Origin: Octopus vulgaris | Taxonomy: Eukaryota | Direction of reading: 5' to 3' | DNA: 64,000 nt | Assembly (NCBI GenBank): GCA_951406725.2 | Contig: OX597819.1 | Span: forward strand, 16,802,001 to 16,866,000 | Shown here: positions 1 through 10,760 of the stretch, one piece after another | Numbering within the stretch: position 1 is the first letter of the stretch | Layout: the number at the start of each line of letters is the position of its first letter | Program-made: the position numbers and the translations under genes | The notes under the pieces: model-generated | The model's input: only the letters and a program-made list of their open reading frames with translations | What the model was told of the DNA's origin: nothing | Databases searched by the model: none

Positions 1-402
1 CGGAGTCCCAAAATCTGCCGGTATTCCCAACGTGAGAGAACATGTCTACTGAGTGACTGTCCCTTCACTCATCTTCCAGGGACCCGACGCACAAACAGAA
101 ACGGGGCCTCAAGCCAACACACAAACCTGAATAACAATAAAAATAGAAACACACCATGCTGCAGTAATGCTGGTCCAGTCTTTTCAGGAAGACACAAAAA
201 CAACAACAACAAAAGTGGAAACTACAACCCTATCCAACAGTGCAACCACACCTCCAGCCAAAAACTGCTCCCTAAGCAGGAAAATTCTTTTTTAGCCATG
301 TTGAACATGGCAAAAGAGATACACAAAAACATTCTAGCCATCACTCAACACCATCCTATGCTATTACCCCAGTGCACCAATTCCCCACATTGCTGCCACT
401 AA
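1..402 (+). CDS. LINE ORF1 C-terminal part (5'-partial) with C-x8-C-x4-C-x3-H zinc finger
   Basis: Frame 1 is open from base 1 to TAA at 400-402 and reads RSPKICRYSQRERTCLLSDCPFTHLPGTRR... Manually translated; not in the ORF track. Confidence 0.8.
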   Translation, partial: RSPKICRYSQRERTCLLSDCPFTHLPGTRRTNRNGASSQHTNLNNNKNRNTPCCSNAGPVFSGRHKNNNNKSGNYNPIQQCNHTSSQKLLPKQENSFLAMLNMAKEIHKNILAITQHHPMLLPQCTNSPHCCH

Positions 403-3400
403 CACACACAAAAAATCCAAGCCCCCTGCAACAGTCAAAACCAGCCACTACACTAACCTCCACATTCCTACTCAATGCACAAGGTGTCAGCCCTTCCATC
501 AATGCACAAAAATGGAAGGTCCAATTCATTGAAGACTGGGTTGGTAACCATTCACACCACATCCCTTTCTTCATTCTCACTGAGACCCACCTTGACAACT
601 CCCACTTGGAAGCCGAAGTGAGAGTGAAGAATTTCACAACCATCCGCGCGGATCGTATCGGCAGGAGGAAGGGTGGAACTGCCATTTTCCTGCATGATTC
701 ATTTACGGCAGATGGAAATAGTATATTCTCCAACGGCTACTGTGAATCAGTCACCGTGCACAACAAAGCCAATGATCTGACAGTAATTGGGCTCTATAGG
801 CCGCCCCAAACACCCATACTGTGCTTTAAAGAATGCCTCAACAGCATTAAGTGCTTTATTCAACAGTGCCATTCTAGCAACATACTCATGATGGGAGACT
901 TCAATCTACCCTGTGTTGACTGGACTACAAACTGTTTGAAACCAAGCACTCCCGCCTCAACCGCTGACAAAGAAGCAGCAGAGTCACTTTTCGACTTTAC
1001 GAATGAGTTTTTCTTGTCCCAACTTGTCCTTGCACCAACAAGACATCAGAACATTTTGGACCTAGTGTTTAGTAACCACACTAACACTATACATAACGTT
1101 ACAGTGGAAAAAAACCTTCTTTCAGACCATGACATGGTTCTCTGTAACATGAAATTCCACCAGCCGAAAGCTAATCCTAGTGACCTTCCTCCAGCCCACC
1201 CATTTGACAACATGGATCTCCATAAAGCCAACTGGGATGCAATCAGGAACGAGCTATCAAATGTTGACTGGTCCTTTACACATACACACATCTCCACCAA
1301 CCATAAAACATCTTGGCAGATCTTTGTAGACACCGTCACAGACATATGTGCAAAACACTCCCCACCAAGACCTGTGAACAAAAAGTGCAGAATCCCCCAA
1401 AACAGAAAAACCATTATCAGAAAAATAAAAAGAACAAACAAAAAAATTAACAAACTAAAGTACTGCCAACAGCAACACACACATTCGACGGCTATCGCAC
1501 TGCTTGAATCCAAAAAATATAACCTCCAACAATGCATGAAGTCCCTCATCAATAACCAAAGATCAGCTGAGGAGAAGTGGGCCATTGAAAAAATCAAACT
1601 CAACCCCAAAGTGTTCTTTTCATTTGCGAGGAAACGCAGGGTCACTGTCTCCACTGTAGGCCCTCTAATTGACGAAACTGGCACTCTCCAAGATAATGCC
1701 AAATCCATGGCCGAGATACTGCAGAAACAATACTGCTCTGTTTTCAGCAATCCTGATATGGCCGATCTGGGCTGTATCAGTGATGTCAACCCCCAACACA
1801 CTATATCGGACATAACGTTTAGTGCCCCTGATGTCTTAGCGGCGATAAACGAAATAAAACACAATTCAGCAGTAGGCCCCGATAGGTTCCCTGCTTGTGT
1901 CCTGAAGGTGTGTCGACACCAACTTGCATCTCCCCTTGCTAATCTGTGGAGAAACTCACTGGATGCTGGCTATATTCCAAAAAACCTTCTGTCCCAGTCT
2001 GTTGTCCCAGTTTTCAAAAAGGGAAACAAGTCCCTTGCAGTGAATTACCGTCCGATCTCACTCACCTCTCATATCATCAAGGTATTTGAGAGGGTGGTGA
2101 GATCTCAAATAACCCAATTTCTGGAAAGCAACAGACGGCTGATCTCCAACCAACATGGGTTCCGTAATGGAAGGGACTGCCTAACGCAGCTCCTGCATCA
2201 CTTTGAGGACATTTTGAGAGCTTTGGGAGAGGGCTCCAACACCGATGTCATCTACCTTGATTTCAGTAAGGCCTTCGACAGGGTCGATCACAAGATCCTA
2301 TTGAAAAAACTATCCAGCATTGGTGTCTCTGGAAAGTTACTGAAATGGATTAAGTGTTTCCTGACAGACAGATCTCAACATGTTGTAGTTGAAGGGGTAA
2401 AATCAAGCCCAGCCAAAGTCAGTAGTGGCGTTCCGCAAGGCACTGTGCTGGGCCCACTTCTTTTCATCATTTACATTAATGACATTAATGACATCATCAA
2501 GCACAGCAACATAAAAATCTTTGCAGATGACTCCAAGCTACAGAAGGTCATAAATGAGGCGAGTGACCGGACATGCCTTCAGTCAGATCTACTGGCTGTT
2601 ATCCAATGGGCAGAAAAAAACAATATGCTGCTGAACGAGGATAAATTTGAGCTAATCCACTTTGGAAAAGAGGATGCCCTGAAACTCCCATACTCCCTTC
2701 CTTCAGGTGAAACTCTCGCGGCGTCCAACAACATCAGAGACTTGGGAGTAATTGTGGACAACAACGTAAGCTGGGCCACTCATATAAACACCAAAGTTGA
2801 CATGGCCCGCAGAATGTGTTCCTGGATTCTCAGAACTTTCCAGTCGAGAGATATCCACACCATTATCCTTCTCTTCTCCACTTTTGCCCGACCCCACCTT
2901 GAATACTGTTGTCCACTGTGGTCTCCCCACACAATACAAGGTATCAAAAAAGTCGAAGCACCTCAAAGGGCAATCACAAAAAAGATAGATGGCATGACAG
3001 GCCTCGACTATTGGGGTCGACTAGAAAAGCTAAAACTCTATTCTCTCCAACGTCGTCGTGAGCGCTACATCATCTGCATGATGTGGAAAATATTCCATCA
3101 GCATTGCCCAAATGATGTTGGCATCACCTTTAAGGTACATCCAAGGCTTGGGCCCCGAGCCATCCGCCCAAAACAAAAATCGCACTCTCATCTCATAACA
3201 ACAATACGGCACAATTATTTCACCTCAATTGGCCCCGCTCTCTTTAACATTACACCAAAACACATTAAAACAGAAACTGACCCTATAGGGTTCAAGAAGT
3301 CTTTGGACAGATTCCTTCAAGAAATCCCGGATAAACCCCCTACACCCGGATATGTCTCTGTAAACAATAACTCTCTACTTGAGTGGGCCATAGTGCCCAA

Positions 3401-3407
3401 ATTCTGA
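372..3407 (+). CDS. LINE ORF2: APE endonuclease + reverse transcriptase
   Basis: 1011 aa with no stops. APE motifs LNAQG, LTETHL, GDFN, LDLVF, SDH. RT motifs YRPISL, QHGFR, YLDFSKAFD, GVPQGTVLGPLLF, FADD (2520-2531). C-terminal PHLEYCCPLWSP. The listed start is GTG and the frame is open from 276. Confidence 0.96.
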   Translation: MHQFPTLLPLTHTKNPSPLQQSKPATTLTSTFLLNAQGVSPSINAQKWKVQFIEDWVGNHSHHIPFFILTETHLDNSHLEAEVRVKNFTTIRADRIGRRKGGTAIFLHDSFTADGNSIFSNGYCESVTVHNKANDLTVIGLYRPPQTPILCFKECLNSIKCFIQQCHSSNILMMGDFNLPCVDWTTNCLKPSTPASTADKEAAESLFDFTNEFFLSQLVLAPTRHQNILDLVFSNHTNTIHNVTVEKNLLSDHDMVLCNMKFHQPKANPSDLPPAHPFDNMDLHKANWDAIRNELSNVDWSFTHTHISTNHKTSWQIFVDTVTDICAKHSPPRPVNKKCRIPQNRKTIIRKIKRTNKKINKLKYCQQQHTHSTAIALLESKKYNLQQCMKSLINNQRSAEEKWAIEKIKLNPKVFFSFARKRRVTVSTVGPLIDETGTLQDNAKSMAEILQKQYCSVFSNPDMADLGCISDVNPQHTISDITFSAPDVLAAINEIKHNSAVGPDRFPACVLKVCRHQLASPLANLWRNSLDAGYIPKNLLSQSVVPVFKKGNKSLAVNYRPISLTSHIIKVFERVVRSQITQFLESNRRLISNQHGFRNGRDCLTQLLHHFEDILRALGEGSNTDVIYLDFSKAFDRVDHKILLKKLSSIGVSGKLLKWIKCFLTDRSQHVVVEGVKSSPAKVSSGVPQGTVLGPLLFIIYINDINDIIKHSNIKIFADDSKLQKVINEASDRTCLQSDLLAVIQWAEKNNMLLNEDKFELIHFGKEDALKLPYSLPSGETLAASNNIRDLGVIVDNNVSWATHINTKVDMARRMCSWILRTFQSRDIHTIILLFSTFARPHLEYCCPLWSPHTIQGIKKVEAPQRAITKKIDGMTGLDYWGRLEKLKLYSLQRRRERYIICMMWKIFHQHCPNDVGITFKVHPRLGPRAIRPKQKSHSHLITTIRHNYFTSIGPALFNITPKHIKTETDPIGFKKSLDRFLQEIPDKPPTPGYVSVNNNSLLEWAIVPKF

Positions 3408-3497
3408 CTTGAAAGACTTCACCAGGTGGTGCTATTAAGTTAGACATGGCCTGGGCCAATAATGGCCGAAACCTATCAAAGTATCAAAGTATCAAAG

Positions 3498-3501
3498 TAT
3501 G

Positions 3502-3574
<73 letters not shown>

Positions 3575-3676
3575 GTATATATATGTATATATGTATATAT
3601 ATGTATATGTATATATATGTATATGTATATATATGTATGTATATATATATGTATATACATACATGTATATATATAA

Positions 3677-3707
<31 letters not shown>

Positions 3708-3820
3708 CATACATATATATATGTGTGTGTTTGTGTGTGTGTGCATCTATTTATCTATGATATACATGTGTGCGAAGTACATACATTCGCGCGCGCACGC
3801 ACACACACACACGCATGCGC
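3498..3820. repeat. compound (TA)n/(TATG)n/(CA)n microsatellite
   Basis: Directly visible. Confidence 0.95.
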
Positions 3821-4037
3821 ATCGTGCACGGCCACAGAGATGCATAATGAATGTGAAAATTAGAGCCCGTCTAATCTTTATAAATATTATAACAACTCTC
3901 TATATGTTTCGTACTATTGGACCTCATCAACAAAATGACTACAGAGGCATATGTAATTTTTGTGAATGAACGTGTACATATGTAGGTATGTATGTATGTA
4001 TTTATTGTAAGCCGTGTGTGTATGCAGTATATATATA

Positions 4038-4467
4038 TCTATATAAACGGCAGTTTGTCTGTCTGTGTGTCTGTGTGTCTGTCAGGTTGTACCCTCACCC
4101 TGACCACGGATTTCAACCGATTCTGATGAAACTTGACACACACATAGCCCAATGTCATAATTCAAAACTAACGCAGCGAAAATTTTGAAAAGTTCCCCCA
4201 GTTCTGAAAAAAATCGATCAATTCGACATGGGGTCGAGAATCTAAGCTTTTTATATGCAACATATTTTCTGTCTAGGGGACACAACTCGACCTTTTTATC
4301 GCCCAAAGCGACAGCTAGGAACATCGTGTACACAGAAGTATTCGAGTGAAGAGAAGACATTGCAACCTACACATGCGCCTTCGTTCCCTAGAGGGAAAGG
4401 ACTAGATTGGGATTAGTCGTTGCCTACTAGGGGCTCTTACCCGGGCAACGCCGGGCTATGCTGCTAG
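4038..4467 (+). mobile_element. non-autonomous Helitron-type element
   Basis: 5' TC follows an A; internal (GTCT)n-like run; subterminal hairpin CCCGG-gcaacg-CCGGG (4440-4455); 3' CTAG followed by T; no TSD. Confidence 0.8.
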
Positions 4468-5284
4468 TATATGATAAATGCGACAACTAATTTCTGTGTG
4501 TCAGTGTGTCACACTTAGACACCCTCTCTCACTATTCATTGACGCTTCTATTGTTGCTCATACTGGGGTCAGAGTAGTAATAGGCATAGAGACGGTGAGG
4601 GCGGTGGCAAAGACAGACAGATAGATAGATAGAGATAGATAGATAGAGGTAGATAGATAGATAGAGAGAGAGAGAAAAGAGAGAGAGAGAGAAAGTGGAC
4701 ATGTGAGAGAAAGAGGGACTAAATACTGATCTAACATGCTGAACTAGGGTAATGGGATGATATTAATAATATGAGTTGTAGTTGTGATAGAGGTGGAGGT
4801 GGCGATGTTGGTGGTGGTGGTGGTGGTAGCCAAGGCGGTCACGGATGACGCTGAGAGGAAGTGATGTGAAAGACATTGGTGATGGTGGTGGAAGCGAAGG
4901 CGGCGAAGTGAAAGGTATTGATGGTGGTGGCGTCGGAAGTCTGAATGGTGTGTGTATGGCAGATGTGATGGTGTTGATGGTGGTACTGTGGTTTATCATG
5001 CAGCTTTGTAATAAGTTCCAACTCGACAAATAAAATCAGTTTTGAAGAAGATTTTTCATTTCTTGAAAAAGATTGTTCAAGTTTAATAAAATTTGATATG
5101 TACTCATGAAGTGTCATTGTTGGGCGCAATTCCTAAAGAAGAGCCCTCCGCAGAAGCTAGCTTAAAAGCCGCTCGATAGGGCAACTTTTAAGCTTGTATA
5201 CATACATACATACATACATACATATACACACACACATATATATACATACACATGTATTCACACACATATACGTGTGTATGTGTA

Positions 5285-5585
5285 GTAGTTAAGAACATGC
5301 GCGATGTATTCTCTTCTAAATGCCCCAGATGGCTGATTAAAGGTATAGTTGTTAGCTCTCGTTACCTGGGTGGCCTAATCAGAGTAAGAAAGGGGTGAAG
5401 AAAGTTCTAAGAACTCTTACCTGTGATAAAGCATTAACTGTCTATCAGTGAATGAAAGGCAGTATGATGCTTATCTACTAAATGAGTTGCTGCCTGGTGG
5501 CTAAACAGGGCCTTGAATGCAATGGATTTTCGACAACAAGGAATATATGAAGTAAACATGCTGCACTGGATGTGGAGTGTTAATA
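5285..5585 (+). pseudogene. decayed RTE-clade LINE RT C-terminal fragment
   Basis: Aligns by eye to the better-preserved fragment at 27195-27620 (KFRELLP...MLRWM region). Confidence 0.6.
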
Positions 5586-5658
5586 TTGTAGTAGTATGTA
5601 TATATGTATGTATGCATGTATGTATGTATATATGTGTGTGTGTGTGTATGTATGTATG

Positions 5659-5810
5659 TGGCTGTGTGGTAAGAAGCTTGCTTCCAAACCACTTGGTTCC
5701 GGGTTCAGTCCCACTGCATGGCACTTTGGGCAAGTGTCTTCTACCATAGCCTCAGGCCGACGAAAAAATTGTGCGTGGATTTGGTACACGAAAATTGAAA
5801 GAAGTCCGTC

Positions 5811-5864
<54 letters not shown>

Positions 5865-6064
5865 TTGTCTGTCTGTGTTTGTCCTCTCCATCATAGCTTG
5901 ACAAGCGATATTGGCGTGATTACGTCCCTGTAACTTAGCGGTTCGGCAAAAGGATCCGATAGAGTAAGCACTAGGCTTACAAAAAATAAGTCCCGAGGTC
6001 GATTTGTTCGACTATAGGCGGTGCTCCAACATGGCTGCAGTTAAATGACTGAAACAAGTAAAAG
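5659..6064 (+). mobile_element. tRNA-derived SINE with internal (TA)n and LINE-like 3' tail
   Basis: A-box-like TGGCTGTGTGG (5659) and B-box-like GGTTCAGTCC (5702); tail GGCGGTGCTCCAACATGGCTGCAG..GACTGAAAC; related copies at about 32815-33362(-) and 52035-52341(+). Confidence 0.8.
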
Positions 6065-6741
6065 TGTGTATATGTATGTATGTATGTATAATGTGGTTGT
6101 TTAGTATATATGCGTGCATATGAGTCAAGGTTTTAGGCACAAGACAAATGTTTGACAAATGCCTTGACACGAATAAATCGGCGCTCGAGACACTCTTGTG
6201 CAGGCTCAACTTATAGGAAAATTCTTTCCTTCCGCTTATAAAACGAAACGTGCAAGTGTGTATGTGTGTGTGTGTGTGTGTGTGCGCGCGTAAAATAAGG
6301 TTACTCAGTATAAACCTGTGAGGTTTCAATGTGAAATATCCATAGGATCGCAGCAGGCAACTCTCCGCCACCAAATTTTGAAATTTTGGGGGGGGAGGGG
6401 ATGATGGTTGTAGACTTAAGCAGTGCCTAACTCTGTTTAAGCTTTCGGAGCAGGTCACTCCTCTAAGAATAACCGTCTTTCTTTCAGCCCTCTCGGAAAC
6501 ACTAAGGGTCATGAATAGAGTCCTTCCGATCCTAATAAAAATGTGTAAGAAAACTAAAACAACAGCTCTTATAGAATTTGATCAACATAAACTATTCCAG
6601 CGAAGATGGTATTAAAAAAGCGCTATTCTTCTCACTGAAGACGTCCCAGAAACGTCCCTATCTGTCTATTGTTATATATGTTATATGTGTGTGTGTATAT
6701 ATATATATATATAAATAAATATATATATAAACACATATATG

Positions 6742-6782
<41 letters not shown>

Positions 6783-6801
6783 CACATACACACACACACA
6801 C

Positions 6802-6854
<53 letters not shown>

Positions 6855-7269
6855 AAGAGTTAAAGGATGGAGCAGAACCTCGGAAGTAGTAAATATCCAA
6901 GCGAGGTGTATACCACAGACTACACTTCAGGCCCAGGTTATCTTGATTATATGAGGAGCTTACTTTAAAAACTGGTATAAGTGCACATTTGGTCGATTTC
7001 ATGATAAACATTAAAACACAATCTACAACCTACCGGCTTCACGCACGTGAAATTTTTTTCAGTCAAACTAGGATAGATGCCATATAGATAGTTGGCGAAT
7101 CTTAGTCTTCCAATCAAAATTAAATATATTCAAGTTGTTTTAAACAATTACTCAAAAGTCATTCCGATGCATATCTCTGGTTTTGAAAATAAGCTCTACA
7201 TGAACTTTTGACTTGGTATTAGGAGGCCCATGTTATGCGTATATATACATAAGTGTGTGTGTGTGTAAT

Positions 7270-7693
7270 GAAACTAATACGCTCCGATGGACATGCAATG
7301 TCAGTGTGCATGTAGAAGAGGAAAACCTCGGAAGTCTTGGGACGAAATGGTGAAAACTGACCTAGATGTTAAGTCTCTCAGATGAGATGATGGTAGATCG
7401 AGATGAAAGGCGATATGCTGTGCTTGAGAAGACCCATCCATCTCAGTAGATCTGAGTTTCTGCCAAGCCTTCCCCAACAACTCATCTTCTAACGCGCACT
7501 CTTCTATCAATCTTCTATGTTACCCTGTTTCTTTTACTTCCCCCTACACTGAACTGATTTCCTCAGCGTCCAACTCATTCCCTAGCTCTAATCATCTCTC
7601 ACGCTATTTTCTCTCAGTGTGCTCTACACACCCACTTTTTCCTCTCTTCTGTTCTGTTTCATATTCATGTTGTACCTGGACCACACATCTCTT

Positions 7694-7741
<48 letters not shown>

Positions 7742-8035
7742 TTTCCAGGTAGGCAAGCTATGTATTCACATCTTCAGCATGACACCTGCTCCTGTCCTTC
7801 TGTCATAAATTCTTATTCCTCCAGTCTCTACCCCACTCAGTTGAGGGGTCTTATCTTGCGGGTACAAGGCGACCTCACCGGTGCTGGTGCCCCGCAAAAA
7901 GCACCCAGTACAATCTGTTAAGTGGTCGGTGTTAGGAAAGGCATCCAGCTGAAGAAACCATACCAAGTCGACATAGAACCTGGTGGAGTCTTTTGGGTCG
8001 TCTGTCCATGCCAACGTGGAAAAGGATGATGATGA
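7270..8035 (+). mobile_element. RTE-clade LINE 3' end and 3' UTR relic
   Basis: RGKPRKSWDEMVK-like C-terminus at about 7317, later GTTAGGAAAGGCATCCAGC and a (GAT)n tail; similar ends at about 27960-28180 and 59960-60318. Confidence 0.6.
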
Positions 8036-9614
8036 TATATATACATACAAGTGTACACACACGCACACACACACACACACACACACATACACAAACATAA
8101 TATATAGTGCGTATGCACAAACATTCACATACACATTCAATTACGCTTTGCACTCATTCAATAAGTATTTATCTGTAGATGCACTAAAATCGCATTGCCT
8201 ATGTTCACGTACGTGCAGCTAGTGTTCAATTTCTGATATGTATTTAAGCTTGCTTATTTGTCATATTAGCCTATAAGAGCACTCTGTGCACATTTCTAAC
8301 GCAGTTAGTTTCCGTCAGATATAATGTGTTAGCTTAGTTCCCTGTCCATTCCTGGTCAGTTTGTACACAACCGTTAATGATGGCTGCAAATACCATGTAT
8401 TGTGTGCCCAAACGAGTGAATATCTTTAGTTCAACAGTGGCTGACAATGTAAATAGTCACCCAAGCATATAGATGGCCTGTAGGAGAACTAATGGTAAAT
8501 ATTCTATATTTCTTGACGTTTGTTTAATATGTGCGTTTGTGTGTGTGAATACGTAAGCACTAGTTGATTAAACCGTCAGGTGAAACTAGAACTCCCAGGC
8601 AAAAACTAATTTTGTAATAAATTTGTTTCTACTTTCAGTAGTGAGTCCCCCCATCCTGAAATGTTCTGTTGTTATTCATTAAAATTCTTTTAAAATAACT
8701 CGAATGTCAACATGCGCGCGCACACACACATACTGGAACATATGTATACAACACGTTAATTTTTCATCAGGTTTTCTTTCCTTTTCTCATTGATTTTTTT
8801 CTTTTACTTTTATTTGATAAATCTCAAGATTGCTGAATGTGTGTGGTACTAGGTGGTGGACTCTGTAGTTGTATGGGTGGTGGTTATAGTAGCTGTAGTG
8901 GTTGTGGCTGAGGCTGTATTAATATGATAATGGCTATAGTAGCCGTAGTGGTGATATGTAACAGTACTTACTAGATGTTGTAGTGGATGAGTTAGTAACG
9001 GTGGTGTTAGTGACACTAATGATGGATTTGATGATAGTTATAGTTGTGACTGTGGTGCTTATAGTGGAGTTAGTAGTTGCAATGGTATCGGTAGTAGCGG
9101 CAAACACAGCTACAGTCGTAGTCTCGTATAGTGGCATCTGTAGGGGTGATGGTCGTGGGATAGGGACACTATCTATAGTTATGGCAACGGTACTGGCGGT
9201 AATAGTATATGTCGTAATGTTGGTGATGATGATGGTAGTTGTTATGTGTTGGTGGTGAGGGTAGTTATAGTATTCTTAATACTAGCTGGCAGGACTGGTA
9301 ACTATAGTCGTGATAGTGGTAATGATATAAGTAGATTAGTAGTTGTAGTGGTAGTAGTTGTAGTTGTGATAGTTTTTGTGTGGGTGATAGAAAATAAACA
9401 CTAAGCGATAAAGCTTACATAATCAGTCCTTTCATCCTTAGTAGGCCGTGTGTGTATATATACATTACACTCTCTTACACACACACACAAACATACACAC
9501 AGTCATAAAGGCATGTATGTATAATATATGTACACATATCACGTCAGTATGTGTATATACATTCATACACGCATGCAAAATCCTTGTATATATATATATA
9601 TATATATTTATATT

Positions 9615-9790
9615 CGCCATGATAGATCGCTAACCACTACACATTCTTTATTTTCTCTCCTTGTTTTTTCTGTTCCTTTCTGTGGAAGAGCGTAGGCTCG
9701 AAACGTTAAAGACTTTTTCACTTCCCGAGCGTTAAACTAATACATCTGTTTGTTGTCTACATCACCTATCTTAGTCTTTTTTTTTGGGGG
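9615..9790 (+). mobile_element. Penelope-like pseudo-LTR fragment with a hammerhead-like motif
   Basis: CTTT-CTGTGGAA-GAGC-gtag-GCTC-GAAAC-GTT-AAAG at 9676-9711; flanked by (TA)n. Confidence 0.45.
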
Positions 9791-9799
9791 GGGGATTCT

Positions 9800-9853
<54 letters not shown>

Positions 9854-9930
9854 ATATATACATATATAATATGTGTATATGTGCATGTGTTTGTATATAC
9901 ATATATGCGTACATACATTATACACACACA

Positions 9931-9964
<34 letters not shown>

Positions 9965-9965
9965 G

Positions 9966-10003
<38 letters not shown>

Positions 10004-10249
10004 AATCTATCTATCTATCTATATATATATATATATATATATATTAGAAGGTTTGGAGATGATGTACAGGTATTATATATTAGAAGAAATGAGCTACTCA
10101 GAAATCTGGATGGTTTTATATTTACAGATATTTATTAGTATGTTATATGTTTTTATAAATCATATATCATATATTAGCGTTTCGTCCACTCTAATGGAGT
10201 CTTCGTAAATATAAAACCATGCAGATTTATGGGTACCTCATTTCTTCTA

Positions 10250-10314
<65 letters not shown>

Positions 10315-10339
10315 AACACACACATATACACGTGTGTAT

Positions 10340-10760
10340 GTATAGTAGTTAAGAATACATGCGAAATATACTCTTTCAAATGCTCCGAAGGCTCATTACA
10401 AGTGTAGTTGTTAGCTTTCGTTACCTTAGTTACCTAACTGCTTGGTTGGAAGTAGGTGTACCGAAGTAATCAGAGTAAGAACAGGGTCAAAAAAATTCAA
10501 GGAGCTATTACCGGTCTACAAAACGTTTCTGTCTCTAAGAGAACGGTAGACAGTATGATGCTTATCTACCAAATATATTGCTGCATGGTCGTGAACCATA
10601 GGTTTTGAATGCAGGGGATTTTTGACGACTAGGAATGTATGAAGGGAACATGCTCCACTGGATGTGGAGTGTTAGTTTGAATACAAATCAATTGTGAGAA
10701 AAAGTGGACATTAGAAGAGTCAGATGTAGTGTACAAGAGATGGGACTTCATTGAAACGAA
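10340..10760 (+). pseudogene. decayed RTE-clade LINE fragment (paralogous to 5285-5585)
   Basis: Colinear similarity including CATGCT.CACTGGATGTGGAGTGTTA. Confidence 0.6.

Larger units (their letters stand above)
1..3497 (+). mobile_element. CR1-group non-LTR retrotransposon (LINE), apparently intact; 5' end lies outside the window
   Basis: ORF1 tail, uninterrupted ORF2, short 3' UTR with a stem-loop, and a (TATCAAAG)x3 tail at 3474-3497 running into (TA)n. Confidence 0.93.

Noticed and set aside
356-3212. Minus-strand ORFs overlapping LINE ORF2 (e.g. 1046-1864)
   Set aside because: Antisense shadows of a coding frame with no recognisable motifs.
5659-5730. tRNA gene calls at SINE heads (also 13142, 59830-59903, 60337)
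   Set aside because: A/B boxes are present but there is no cloverleaf, and each continues into a SINE body.
6630-6660. CTGAAGA..GAAACGTC hammerhead-like words
   Set aside because: No supportable stem I or stem II; at most a decayed remnant.
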